Notes under the pieces: model-generated
Seen by the model: only the letters and a program-made list of their open reading frames with translations
Databases searched by the model: none
Told to the model about the DNA's origin: nothing
Made by a program: the position numbers and the translations under genes
Shown: positions 18,943 to 28,135 of the stretch, piece after piece
Layout of the letters: every line of letters begins with the position of its first letter
Position numbering within the stretch: position 1 is the stretch's first letter
From: a virus
DNA: 64,000 bases
Reading direction: 5' to 3' (one strand)
IMG/VR virus record: IMGVR_UViG_3300013108_000188

Positions 18943-19542
18943 TTATTTGAAACCTAGTTTTCTCAATTCAGATATTGTATTACTAGTGCTTGTATGATGA
19001 ATACCTATACCACCTCTCGCTCTAAACTGCGATATATTCTTTATATAGTCATCAATTAGTATTGTAGGCATACCTCCAACCTTAGCAAAATTTTGTTTCT
19101 CTCTTCGTTTTACTAGGTTAACTTTATTGCCTGACATACCTAATCTTGTTCTTGCCCATTTTGATTTACCTGGTATACAATTAGGGTCAGTAGTTTGTTC
19201 TACATAAGCAGATAAAATATGTGGATCATATTTTCTTATAAACGACCATAGTCTTTGACCACCTGGCGCCCAAGGTAATGTAGACCAGAAGTTTTTAGTC
19301 TGCATTATTGGTTTCCACTTATCTCTTATTGATTTGAATTTCTTTCCAGGTTCTTTTGCCCATTGAGACATAGGCATACCTACTGCTTTTTCAGCAGCTT
19401 TTTCAAAATTACATACTACTCCATCCATATCACAATATATTCTAGGTAGTTTATCTCTTAAACCATCCCTTCTATACTCGTGGATATTCTCTAGTTTGTT
19501 TCTTTGATGGATTACATCCTGTCGGAGTTCTTTATATTTCAT
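18943..19542 (-). CDS. HAD-family 5'(3')-nucleotidase-like phosphatase
   Basis: IYCDMDGV, ILS, GK..W, ILIDD; start placed after the sigma70 promoter. Confidence 0.8.
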   Translation of the reverse strand: MKYKELRQDVIHQRNKLENIHEYRRDGLRDKLPRIYCDMDGVVCNFEKAAEKAVGMPMSQWAKEPGKKFKSIRDKWKPIMQTKNFWSTLPWAPGGQRLWSFIRKYDPHILSAYVEQTTDPNCIPGKSKWARTRLGMSGNKVNLVKRREKQNFAKVGGMPTILIDDYIKNISQFRARGGIGIHHTSTSNTISELRKLGFK

Positions 19543-19554
19543 AGTTTTTCTTTT

Positions 19555-19583
19555 ATTATAACACTTTCCCCACTTAAAGTCAA
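19555..19583 (-). promoter_or_regulatory. Sigma70-type early promoter
   Basis: TTGACT-N17-TATAAT with extended -10 TG. Confidence 0.8.
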
Positions 19584-19592
19584 GCAAAAAAA

Positions 19593-22580
19593 CTATGCGT
19601 GATAATCTATTCTTGGATTTACATCAATCTTGTCAGATTTTGTACCGTTATCAGTTTTTTTCTTTTCAGGTTCTTTTGTTTGTATATTCATAGGGTCAGT
19701 CTTTTGGGTAGGTTCCTGGGACTTCGGTAATATATCTGTATTATTATCACTTTCTTTCTTTGCTTTTTTAGCAACTAAAGTTTCCCATTTCTTTTTAGCA
19801 GGATGATTTTTATTTTCTATACCAAGTTTCTTTTTAGTTTGATTAGTTGCAACAGCATATCTTACACTATCACCTTTCTTCTTACCATACTGGTCTCTAA
19901 AAGATTTCTTTGGTAGTTCATCAGCTTTCTTATGTACTTTTTTAACTTGCGATTTTGTTAAGTCAGATTCAACTGCTCTTTTAGGTCTAATTCTAATTTC
20001 TTTTAATTTTTTACCACCTTCAGGTTCTTTTTCTGCAACTCTATATCCAAATCTATATTTTGGTTTTCTACTTCTAGCAAAACTACCTTGTCTTGTAGAT
20101 GTATTAGCACCACCTCTTTCATCAAGTTCTTTTTCTTCTTGTTTCTTTTCTTTTGGAATCTTATTATCTTTATCTGGCACACAATTAGGTACTTGTTTTC
20201 CACCTTTGTTTTTCATACCAACCTTTGTATATCCGTCCCAACACGCTTCACCTATTTCTTTATCTTCGTTGGCAGTTTTTAATGCTCTTGCAATAGTAGA
20301 TACTTTAGATAAATCTTTAGCAATCTTTTCTATTTCTCTTACTGCACCACTATAATTACCATCACTCTTTACAGCAATTTTCATTGCCTTTGCAACTTTA
20401 TCAGGACCATATCTTATAGGGTCAGGTGTTGCTTCTTGTAATTTGTTTCTTAAAGATTTAAATGTTTCTTTAACAATTGCTATTTTTTTAGTCTTTCTTA
20501 AATCACCAGTTTTATACCACTTAATAAATTTTTCTGCTTCTGCTTTAGTTTTATATGTACCGTGTATAAATTTACCACCATCCATTTTAGTTATCTGTAC
20601 AGAAAACGCTTCGTTTTGATTCATTAATGAATAGTAACCTGTTTGATTACCATACATCTTTTTAAATGTAGCAGGTTCTTTTTTCGCAATTAAGTCCATT
20701 ACATATTCTCTTGGAGAAGTATCACTAGCTTTTAAATGCTTTTTCAACTCAGCATATTTTTTAGCTTTTAATAAGTCAACAGACTTTTGGAACATCTGTT
20801 TATCCATACCACCTTTTGCTACTTTCTTTTGTAATTCAACAGCAGCATTTTCTTCTAATTCGTTTTCTTCTTTAGGTACACAATTTGGTACTTCTTTACC
20901 ATCTTTCTTTTTCATACCTATCATTTCATAATCTTTCCAACAAGGGTCTTTCTTGTCTTCTCCAACATCTTTTATTAAAAGTGTTTTAATACCTGCGTCA
21001 GATTTTAATCCAACTTCATCTTTGTATCTTCGTATTGCTTCTTTTTCATTTTTGCCTTCAACTTCCCAAGTCTTTTTACTAGGGTGTGAAACTCTATAAA
21101 CTTGTACACTTTCTTTAACTTCGTCTTTTTCTTTATCTGCTTTATCTTTTAAAAGTTTATGTGCTAAACCAACCGTTAAAGGTACTTCACCTGTCTCTTT
21201 GTTAGGCATTGGTTTAACTGCTTTGTTCTTTTCGTTTTCTAATTTTGTTCTTAACTGATTAATTTGACCTTGAGCAGCGATTAATTGTTTTTCTAAAGTG
21301 TCTGTATCTTTTTCTTTTGCAAGTTTAATTTTATCAACATCTTTTTCTTTAGTTTCTGTTGATGTTTTATCTTTCATAGCTTCAATAGATTTTTTAGGTT
21401 CTTCTTTCTCCTCAACTACACCAGTTTTACCTGTTCTTAATTTAGCATCCACAGGTGGATTGTATCTTCCCATTTTATCTATAGTGAAACCTTTTTTTCT
21501 TAACTTCTGTGCTTTGTTTTGAATATCTGATAAACTATCTCCACCTTCAAATCCATAATGTTTTCCATACTGACTATATGAAATCATATATGGTTGGATT
21601 TTTTCTTCTATTGGAGTTCTTTCGCCTGAAGTTTCTACTCCTGCAATGTTCCAAGCACTATCGTCCTGTTCTTTTGTTAGTACTCTTACATCATCGCCAT
21701 ACTTAGCAACAACTTGTTTGTGGATACTTTCTACATCTTTCGCACTATCAATTCTAACTTCTGAACCATCTGCGTTAGCTTCTCCACCACCAGTTTTACC
21801 TTTAAACATATTAGCAATAGCTTTTGCTTGACTAGAATTCTTTGCCATATATTCTATGTACTCAGCATACTCTACAAACAACCACTCTTTGTTTTCAGTT
21901 TTTAAATGAGACCTAGTTGCCAATTGCATATCTAAAATCTTTTTCATATTACCTGATAGTTCAATACCATCTGGAATATCTTTTACTTTTAATCCGTGTT
22001 GTTTCGCCAAAGAAACCATATTATCTTTTTCTTTTTTATTAGCGAAACCTCTAATAGTTCCTTTACCTTCTTCTACTTGTACAGCAGCATTAGCATTTTT
22101 TTCTTTAGTTGATTCTGTTAATTGTTCCCAAGTTTGTTCTTTAAAGGAAGATAATCTAACTCCTTTAGGTACTTGTATACCTTTCTTAATCATACGACTT
22201 AATGCCATAGTAGAAAGGAATGGAATATCTGCTTTGTATAATTTTGGTAGTTGTGAATTTGTTATCTTGTCAAAGATATTTCTTAATTGGTTTGCTCTCG
22301 CAAGTGAAATCTTAGCACCTTTTAAACTAGCGTAATCTTGTTTAAGTTTAGCAATTTGTCCATCTGAAAATTCCCACAACATTGCTTCAGCAATGTCTTC
22401 TTCTCCAAGTATAGTTTTAACCGTTGAGAGAGGTAGTTTCATTTTCTTTGCTATTTCGCTTGCTGATTTACCGTCAGCGAACATAGTAGCGATAGTTTTC
22501 ATCTTGCCTTCGTCCAATGTTATATCATTAGCCCAGACTTCTTCCATTGCCTCTCGCATTGATTTTGTATATCTTGTCAT
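19593..22580 (-). CDS. 995-aa modular Lys/Glu-rich protein, probable internal head polyprotein
   Basis: Many short modules bounded by hydrophobic-x-E sites; two CWxxY..GMK.K.GK.VPNCVP repeats. Confidence 0.6.
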   Translation of the reverse strand: MTRYTKSMREAMEEVWANDITLDEGKMKTIATMFADGKSASEIAKKMKLPLSTVKTILGEEDIAEAMLWEFSDGQIAKLKQDYASLKGAKISLARANQLRNIFDKITNSQLPKLYKADIPFLSTMALSRMIKKGIQVPKGVRLSSFKEQTWEQLTESTKEKNANAAVQVEEGKGTIRGFANKKEKDNMVSLAKQHGLKVKDIPDGIELSGNMKKILDMQLATRSHLKTENKEWLFVEYAEYIEYMAKNSSQAKAIANMFKGKTGGGEANADGSEVRIDSAKDVESIHKQVVAKYGDDVRVLTKEQDDSAWNIAGVETSGERTPIEEKIQPYMISYSQYGKHYGFEGGDSLSDIQNKAQKLRKKGFTIDKMGRYNPPVDAKLRTGKTGVVEEKEEPKKSIEAMKDKTSTETKEKDVDKIKLAKEKDTDTLEKQLIAAQGQINQLRTKLENEKNKAVKPMPNKETGEVPLTVGLAHKLLKDKADKEKDEVKESVQVYRVSHPSKKTWEVEGKNEKEAIRRYKDEVGLKSDAGIKTLLIKDVGEDKKDPCWKDYEMIGMKKKDGKEVPNCVPKEENELEENAAVELQKKVAKGGMDKQMFQKSVDLLKAKKYAELKKHLKASDTSPREYVMDLIAKKEPATFKKMYGNQTGYYSLMNQNEAFSVQITKMDGGKFIHGTYKTKAEAEKFIKWYKTGDLRKTKKIAIVKETFKSLRNKLQEATPDPIRYGPDKVAKAMKIAVKSDGNYSGAVREIEKIAKDLSKVSTIARALKTANEDKEIGEACWDGYTKVGMKNKGGKQVPNCVPDKDNKIPKEKKQEEKELDERGGANTSTRQGSFARSRKPKYRFGYRVAEKEPEGGKKLKEIRIRPKRAVESDLTKSQVKKVHKKADELPKKSFRDQYGKKKGDSVRYAVATNQTKKKLGIENKNHPAKKKWETLVAKKAKKESDNNTDILPKSQEPTQKTDPMNIQTKEPEKKKTDNGTKSDKIDVNPRIDYHA

Positions 22581-22585
22581 ATTAT

Positions 22586-24724
22586 TTAATCCCCTTGCGA
22601 ATTATTAAATTGTTTGAAAGATTGAACCTTTAAGCGTTCTTCCATCTTATTCGTTGCTTCTTCTAGTTCTTTCTCCCAATCTTCTCCGTATCTTGTCTTA
22701 TATTTATCAATAGTCTCACTTGAAGCAGCCCAATTCTTTATGTCTTCTTTGTCTATTTTTTCTGCCGATTGTTCTGCTCTCGTCTTACTATCTACTGGTT
22801 TCTCACTTGGCGTCTCTCCAGGTGTAATTTCTTTAGTATGATTAGCGTAATCTTTGCCTATTTCATACGATTCTTCTCGTTTTTTTATATCTTCATATGT
22901 CTTCTGTTTATTCATTTTGACTTCCGTTTCCGATACTGCTTCAAAACCATAATCAACATCTAGGTTGTGTTCGTGTAGTTTAACTTCATCTACATTACTA
23001 ACTGGTAGACAATTCCATATCCAACATTTGTGTAAGTTAGATTCTTTATCTTCTAGTACAATATAGTTTGTACTTCTACGGATTACTTTACCTGTTACCT
23101 CTTGTATGGTATCATTTACAATATCATTTGTGTTAAATAATTGTTCACGGATATACAAGTCTCTAATTTGCCATTGAGTAAATCTTTCTACGATTACTTT
23201 TTTCTTTGCTGTAGGATTAATATCAGCACTTGGAGCGTATGTTCCAAGTCCTGCACCTGTTGTATTTTCTAGGTTCATTCCTTTTCTTACTAATTTAAAT
23301 AGTCCATCTTTATCTCTATATGATACAGGTAGACCTCTTTTAAAACTTTGTAAATCGTTTTTGCTAGCGGCGTCTCGCATTTTACTTGCTGACATTCCCA
23401 TAGCTCCTTCAGCGTCTGGATCTCTTTCACCAGCACTTACTACATTAATTTTATCAAACTTGTAATTAGTTCCTCTTGCTTTTACTCCGTTATATTTTTT
23501 TAGAAGAGTATCAAATTCTCTTACTCGGTCACTTCCTACGACCATAGTTATTTGATTTGCTTTTCCATTTAGATTATTTAAAACTTCCATTGCTGTTCTA
23601 GCACCTGGGATTTGTTTTATCTTTGATGAGTGTCTAGGAAACATCTGTTTCATTATTCTCAACTTGTCAGTAATCTTTAATGGGTTTTTCTTTGCGTCTG
23701 TTGTTTTAGTAGGTATGATTAAGTAATCATTAGCACTAACACTTGCCACTTTATTAATAAGTTTTTCGTGTCCTATTGTAGGTGGATTAAATCTACCAAA
23801 TGTAAATGCTATATGTTTTTTAGGTGAACCTACTGCTTCTTTAAGACTATCAATTTCGGCGTCTGTAACCTTGCCGTCATCTAAAATCTTTTTACATTTC
23901 TTATAAAATTTTAAGTAGTGATATTTTTCTAACATCTTATAGATTACATTTTTAGGTAATCTATTTTTAATACCATACTTTCTAATTTCATCTGGCGACA
24001 TATCTTTATCAAACGCTGCTCTTCTATCTGCGTCAACATCATCGCCTATTTTTATTATGTCCTTTATACTATCTTCTATCTCTTTAAGTTTCTTTTCTAT
24101 TTTACTTTGTAAGTTTTCTATATCGTTAGGACCTAATTCTTTTAATTCGTCATAGTCAATTATATCTCTTTTTAATTCTCCTTTGACTACATCTAATTCT
24201 TGTACTTTTCTATTGAAGTCTTTGATATAATCATTTACATTGAAAACAAAATCTGCTGGTCTCTTTATAAATTTATTTTTTCTTATATCAAAACTTGCGT
24301 CTGCCTTTTCTTGTTGGTCATCATATATTTTTGGATCCGCTATCATAAAATAGTTAATCGGATGCTTCGTACCTGGTATTAATTTACCTTGTACATTTTT
24401 TGGATTAGATGAAGATATAAACTTCATAACTAATCTTTCTCTTTCTGCTGGTCTATCTTTATCTTCAGGTATATCAAACAATACATTGATGTCCAAGTCT
24501 GCGTCATCACGGTATCTCTTTGTTAAGATAGAACCAATTAATCCTATTTTAATTACAGGATATTCTTTTGCAAAAACTTTTATTTGGTCTTCTATTTGTT
24601 TAACAACACTCGGTTTAAGTTTTGGATTCTTTGTATCAGCGTCATCAAATACACCAGGAGCATATGTTCGTCTTGGTATATCTATGATACTTTCTTTTAT
24701 AAAATTTTTAAATCTACTTAACAT
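22586..24724 (-). CDS. Pol-beta-type nucleotidyltransferase fused to HIGH-family (cytidylyl/NMN adenylyl) transferase
   Basis: GSILTKRYRDDADLDINV; FTFGRFNPPTIGHEKL, VVGSDR, MSASKMR. Confidence 0.8.
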   Translation of the reverse strand: MLSRFKNFIKESIIDIPRRTYAPGVFDDADTKNPKLKPSVVKQIEDQIKVFAKEYPVIKIGLIGSILTKRYRDDADLDINVLFDIPEDKDRPAERERLVMKFISSSNPKNVQGKLIPGTKHPINYFMIADPKIYDDQQEKADASFDIRKNKFIKRPADFVFNVNDYIKDFNRKVQELDVVKGELKRDIIDYDELKELGPNDIENLQSKIEKKLKEIEDSIKDIIKIGDDVDADRRAAFDKDMSPDEIRKYGIKNRLPKNVIYKMLEKYHYLKFYKKCKKILDDGKVTDAEIDSLKEAVGSPKKHIAFTFGRFNPPTIGHEKLINKVASVSANDYLIIPTKTTDAKKNPLKITDKLRIMKQMFPRHSSKIKQIPGARTAMEVLNNLNGKANQITMVVGSDRVREFDTLLKKYNGVKARGTNYKFDKINVVSAGERDPDAEGAMGMSASKMRDAASKNDLQSFKRGLPVSYRDKDGLFKLVRKGMNLENTTGAGLGTYAPSADINPTAKKKVIVERFTQWQIRDLYIREQLFNTNDIVNDTIQEVTGKVIRRSTNYIVLEDKESNLHKCWIWNCLPVSNVDEVKLHEHNLDVDYGFEAVSETEVKMNKQKTYEDIKKREESYEIGKDYANHTKEITPGETPSEKPVDSKTRAEQSAEKIDKEDIKNWAASSETIDKYKTRYGEDWEKELEEATNKMEERLKVQSFKQFNNSQGD

Positions 24725-25553
24725 TAAGTCCTCGTTGTTTTATAAGATTCATAAATGCTTTTGGGTCTTGTTGTTTTAATTTAAATAAAAATGGATTTGC
24801 ACTATAAGGATTTGTCATATCTTTTCTAGCTTTAATATCTTTGTCAAGTTGTTTAATAGCATCCGCTGTAAGTTTTGCTAATGCTGTTTGTTTTTTAGTA
24901 TCTAATTGTATTTGCATCCATCTTTTTGCTACTATACTTCTAACAGGTGCTCTTACTAATCCTCTAACTCTACCCCATAATTTATTTAATATATCTTCAT
25001 TTGCATTATTATTATCTACTACAATAAAATTACTTCTACCAAAAGAAGTTTGAAATTTTCCAATATTATTTTGTACGGTTTGCCAACTCTTTCTAGTAAT
25101 ATCTTCTGGCACTCTTCTAGTTCTAGTTCTATTTCTTTCTAACGCAACTTCTAAACTTGTATTAACAAATATCATATAGCAATCATAACCTAACATTTGT
25201 AGTAATGATTTCTGTCTACTGATAATACTATAATCTCTTCCTGTTGCGTCAATAACAAGACCTAATCTACCTTGAATATATAAATCCATTTGGTCGCCTG
25301 TAACCTTTTTTGCTTTTGCTCTTAATGGGTCTCTTAAAGCAGCTTCTTTATCAGGCATTTTTAAACTTAATCCTGCCTTTGTTAAATATCTTTCAAATCT
25401 TGTATCTGAATTAACTAACTTCAAACCCATACCACCAGTTGACCTGTTGGTTACATAAGTCTTACCACTACCAGGTCCACCTGCAAGGAAAAATGCCTTG
25501 AATATACCTGGGTCATAAACGCCTTCTTGTATTACTTGTTTAAATAATTTCAT
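24714..25553 (-). CDS. P-loop kinase (zeta-toxin/PNK-like)
   Basis: LAGGPGSGKT, VNSD, LVIDATG, lid ALERNRTR. Confidence 0.75.
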   Translation of the reverse strand: MKLFKQVIQEGVYDPGIFKAFFLAGGPGSGKTYVTNRSTGGMGLKLVNSDTRFERYLTKAGLSLKMPDKEAALRDPLRAKAKKVTGDQMDLYIQGRLGLVIDATGRDYSIISRQKSLLQMLGYDCYMIFVNTSLEVALERNRTRTRRVPEDITRKSWQTVQNNIGKFQTSFGRSNFIVVDNNNANEDILNKLWGRVRGLVRAPVRSIVAKRWMQIQLDTKKQTALAKLTADAIKQLDKDIKARKDMTNPYSANPFLFKLKQQDPKAFMNLIKQRGLNVK

Positions 25554-25840
25554 ACTTTATAAAAAGTGTACTTTAATGTTAACTCTTCTCCCTTTTTAAT
25601 ATCTCTTAATGTTTGTAGATACCATTTATTATCTACTTCAATCTTTTGACAATTTGGTTTCTCACTATGATTAATAAAACCTCCTAATGGAGTTCTATAC
25701 AATTCTCTTCCAATTTTGATATGACTTATACCTAAATCATCCATCTTGTCAAACTTTTTTGTAGCAAATAAACCTTGTTCGTGTATTTTGCTATCTTGTA
25801 TTCTTAATCCATCTGGTAATGGTTTATATTTTTCCATCAA
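25550..25840 (-). CDS. SET-domain methyltransferase
   Basis: SKIHEQGLFA, GGFINHSEKPN, RDIKKGEELTLKY. Confidence 0.85.
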   Translation of the reverse strand: MMEKYKPLPDGLRIQDSKIHEQGLFATKKFDKMDDLGISHIKIGRELYRTPLGGFINHSEKPNCQKIEVDNKWYLQTLRDIKKGEELTLKYTFYKV

Positions 25841-26423
25841 TCTCTTTCATTATATCTTTAGCTATATCTCCTGCTTCTTTTCCTTCTGCTTTGATAGAAA
25901 TAAAACCAGGTTTCTTTCTAAAGTGGTCTATCGCTGGACCAGTTTCTTTTTTATAGAGAGCAATCCTATCTGATATAATCTTTGGTGTATCATCTTTTCT
26001 TCCTCTCTTTGATAATCTTCTAATCACTTCTTCTTTTGAAACATCTAGGAATACAACTACATCATAACCAATTCCTTCTCGTTCCATATCTCTAACTTGT
26101 TGCATATATCTAGGATAGCCATCCATAATATAACCTTTTTTAGCGTCAGGTTCTAATAATGCTTCCTTAATAAGTTTTAAAACTATTTCGTTTGGTGCAA
26201 ATTGTCCTTTATCTAATAAGTTTTTAATTTTTTCTGCTTCTGCACCACCTTTATCTATCTCTTTTCTTAATAGACCACCTGGATAAATATGTTTTATTCC
26301 ATATCGTCTAATCAAATATTCTGAATAGGTTGACTTACCACTTCCAGGTCCACCCATAATAATAATTCTTGTTTGTTTGTCTTCAAGTAATTGTTGTTCG
26401 TAAAAATTTCTAAATGTTTTCAT
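25824..26423 (-). CDS. adk: Adenylate kinase
   Basis: GGPGSGKST, GLLRKE, IMDGYPR, RGRKDD (short lid). Confidence 0.88.
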   Translation of the reverse strand: MKTFRNFYEQQLLEDKQTRIIIMGGPGSGKSTYSEYLIRRYGIKHIYPGGLLRKEIDKGGAEAEKIKNLLDKGQFAPNEIVLKLIKEALLEPDAKKGYIMDGYPRYMQQVRDMEREGIGYDVVVFLDVSKEEVIRRLSKRGRKDDTPKIISDRIALYKKETGPAIDHFRKKPGFISIKAEGKEAGDIAKDIMKEIDGKI

Positions 26424-26558
26424 TTATTCTCCATTAAACTCATCTTCGTTAAAAGGTCGTTTCCCACAACTACAATCATCACATACACACACGCCATATT
26501 CATCTGCGTGTAGTTCTTCGTTGCAATGACAATCGTGGTGACAATTTTTACACTTCAT
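26424..26558 (-). CDS. 44-aa Cys/His-rich metallothionein-like peptide
   Basis: MKCKNCHHDCHCNEELHADEYGVCVCDDCSCGKRPFNEDEFNGE exactly fills the gap between neighbouring genes. Confidence 0.65.
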   Translation of the reverse strand: MKCKNCHHDCHCNEELHADEYGVCVCDDCSCGKRPFNEDEFNGE

Positions 26559-26842
26559 TAACTTTTAACCTTACTACTTGCTCTCCATTGATAACAACTC
26601 CAGTATCTTGCTTTCCATTTAGGTCCTGGATTATCACAATTATGTCTTGCTCTAAATGACGCTCTTCTGTCTTCGCTATCTCTTTTAATTTCCATATTAG
26701 GATCGCCAAAAGTTACCTTAACTACTTTACCTGATCCGTTCTTAACATAAACACCAAACTTTTTTGAATTGCCTGAAGGCAATCTAAAAGGTTTATTTAA
26801 TGTCTTTTTTACTTCTGCTGATTTTTCTTCGTATGTTTTCAT
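26558..26842 (-). CDS. Conserved small basic phage protein (DUF6321-like)
   Basis: KKFGVYVKN..KVTFGDPNM..SFRARHNC..ARYWSC; likely start MKTYEE. Confidence 0.7.
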   Translation of the reverse strand: MKTYEEKSAEVKKTLNKPFRLPSGNSKKFGVYVKNGSGKVVKVTFGDPNMEIKRDSEDRRASFRARHNCDNPGPKWKARYWSCYQWRASSKVKS

Positions 26843-28059
26843 TATCCTTTTACCCAATCTTTAGCGATAGTAAAGTTTGCTCTACTAAATTCTAATCTAT
26901 CTACTAACTTAACTACATTACCTATTCTATCAGTAGCAACAAATCCTTCTGGTGCTGTAACCTTATAACCACTATTAGTTCTAATAAAATGTCCAACACT
27001 TTGTATCTGTGCTAACTTCTGTAATAATATATTCTTACAATTTTGTAATGTTATATAACTTGCTATTGCCATATATAATGCTCTACTATTTCTATCTATA
27101 AACTTTAAATTTATTTCTTTTGCCTGTTTATATTTTGCTTTACCTTTTTCAGTTTTCTTACTATCTATTTCTGCGTCTATAAAGTTTTCGTAATAACTTC
27201 TAAAATTCTGTTGTAGTACTTTAACACTACCTATTGTACCTCTACTATTTCTTATAATAGAATTGAAATAACTTTTTAATCTAAACCCTACTGATAATTG
27301 GTCTCTACTATCAAACTCATTTAATAATGGAGCAGCTTTTCCTAAACTACCTTCTGCCATTCTTAACATTGCATTAAATCTAGCAATCTCACCTTTACTA
27401 AAACTAGCACTACCACTAGCGTCTTTATATTGTGCCGATGGTATCCATACTGACCCACTTTTAACACCTCTTACATATCCATAAGACGCACTTAAACTAT
27501 CCATAGTCTTACCACTATAAGATGTATGAAAAACTATTCCCATTCTTGCTCTTGCAATTTGTCTTCCCACAGGACTATCAACTGGCATTGCATATGTAAT
27601 TGTATTAGGAGTAAAAGTAATCATACTTTGTCCATCTATACTTGTAATTTTTTTATCTTCTCCTGTGAACAAACAATCACCTTGTAGTATTCCTCTAATA
27701 CCAAGTTTCTTTAGTTCTCTTAAAGCAACTTGTAATTTAGAACCAACACCACCTGGATGATTTCTTGCTATGTCTGCTGAAGTGTAATTTATTTTAGGAG
27801 TTTTATTGAATACAGATTTGGTGCCGACAAAGAATTTGCCATTTTCAGGATTGATTCCACATATAATAGCAGGTGCACCATCCCACTTAACGGTTACATT
27901 AACTTTCTTGCTAGTGCTAGCAGATAACATCTGTCGCAAAGATTTTAAAAACGCTATAGCGTTTCTGCCACCTGTGGCACCGTCATTTATTATACTATCT
28001 TCTAAATGCTCTAGGTGTGTATTTGTTCCCGAGCTAGAATATCCTTTAAAACTAAACAT
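26842..28059 (-). CDS. ATP-dependent ligase-like protein (DUF6267-like)
   Basis: HLEHLED, TVKWDGAPA (motif I KxDG), LQGD, PEGFV, VKLVDR.EFS. Confidence 0.7.
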   Translation of the reverse strand: MFSFKGYSSSGTNTHLEHLEDSIINDGATGGRNAIAFLKSLRQMLSASTSKKVNVTVKWDGAPAIICGINPENGKFFVGTKSVFNKTPKINYTSADIARNHPGGVGSKLQVALRELKKLGIRGILQGDCLFTGEDKKITSIDGQSMITFTPNTITYAMPVDSPVGRQIARARMGIVFHTSYSGKTMDSLSASYGYVRGVKSGSVWIPSAQYKDASGSASFSKGEIARFNAMLRMAEGSLGKAAPLLNEFDSRDQLSVGFRLKSYFNSIIRNSRGTIGSVKVLQQNFRSYYENFIDAEIDSKKTEKGKAKYKQAKEINLKFIDRNSRALYMAIASYITLQNCKNILLQKLAQIQSVGHFIRTNSGYKVTAPEGFVATDRIGNVVKLVDRLEFSRANFTIAKDWVKG

Positions 28060-28126
28060 TTGTTCCCTTCATTTTATCCATACACAAATAAACTATCCAT
28101 CTATATACTATTCACTTCGTCTCTTA

Positions 28127-28134
28127 TATTTATA
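28127..28134 (-). promoter_or_regulatory. T4-type late promoter TATAAATA
   Basis: Exact motif upstream of the 28059-19593 enzyme operon. Confidence 0.75.
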
Positions 28135-28135
28135 T

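Noticed and set aside
24714-25553. Zeta toxin of a toxin-antitoxin pair
   Set aside because: No epsilon-like antitoxin is adjacent, and only generic P-loop kinase motifs can be supported
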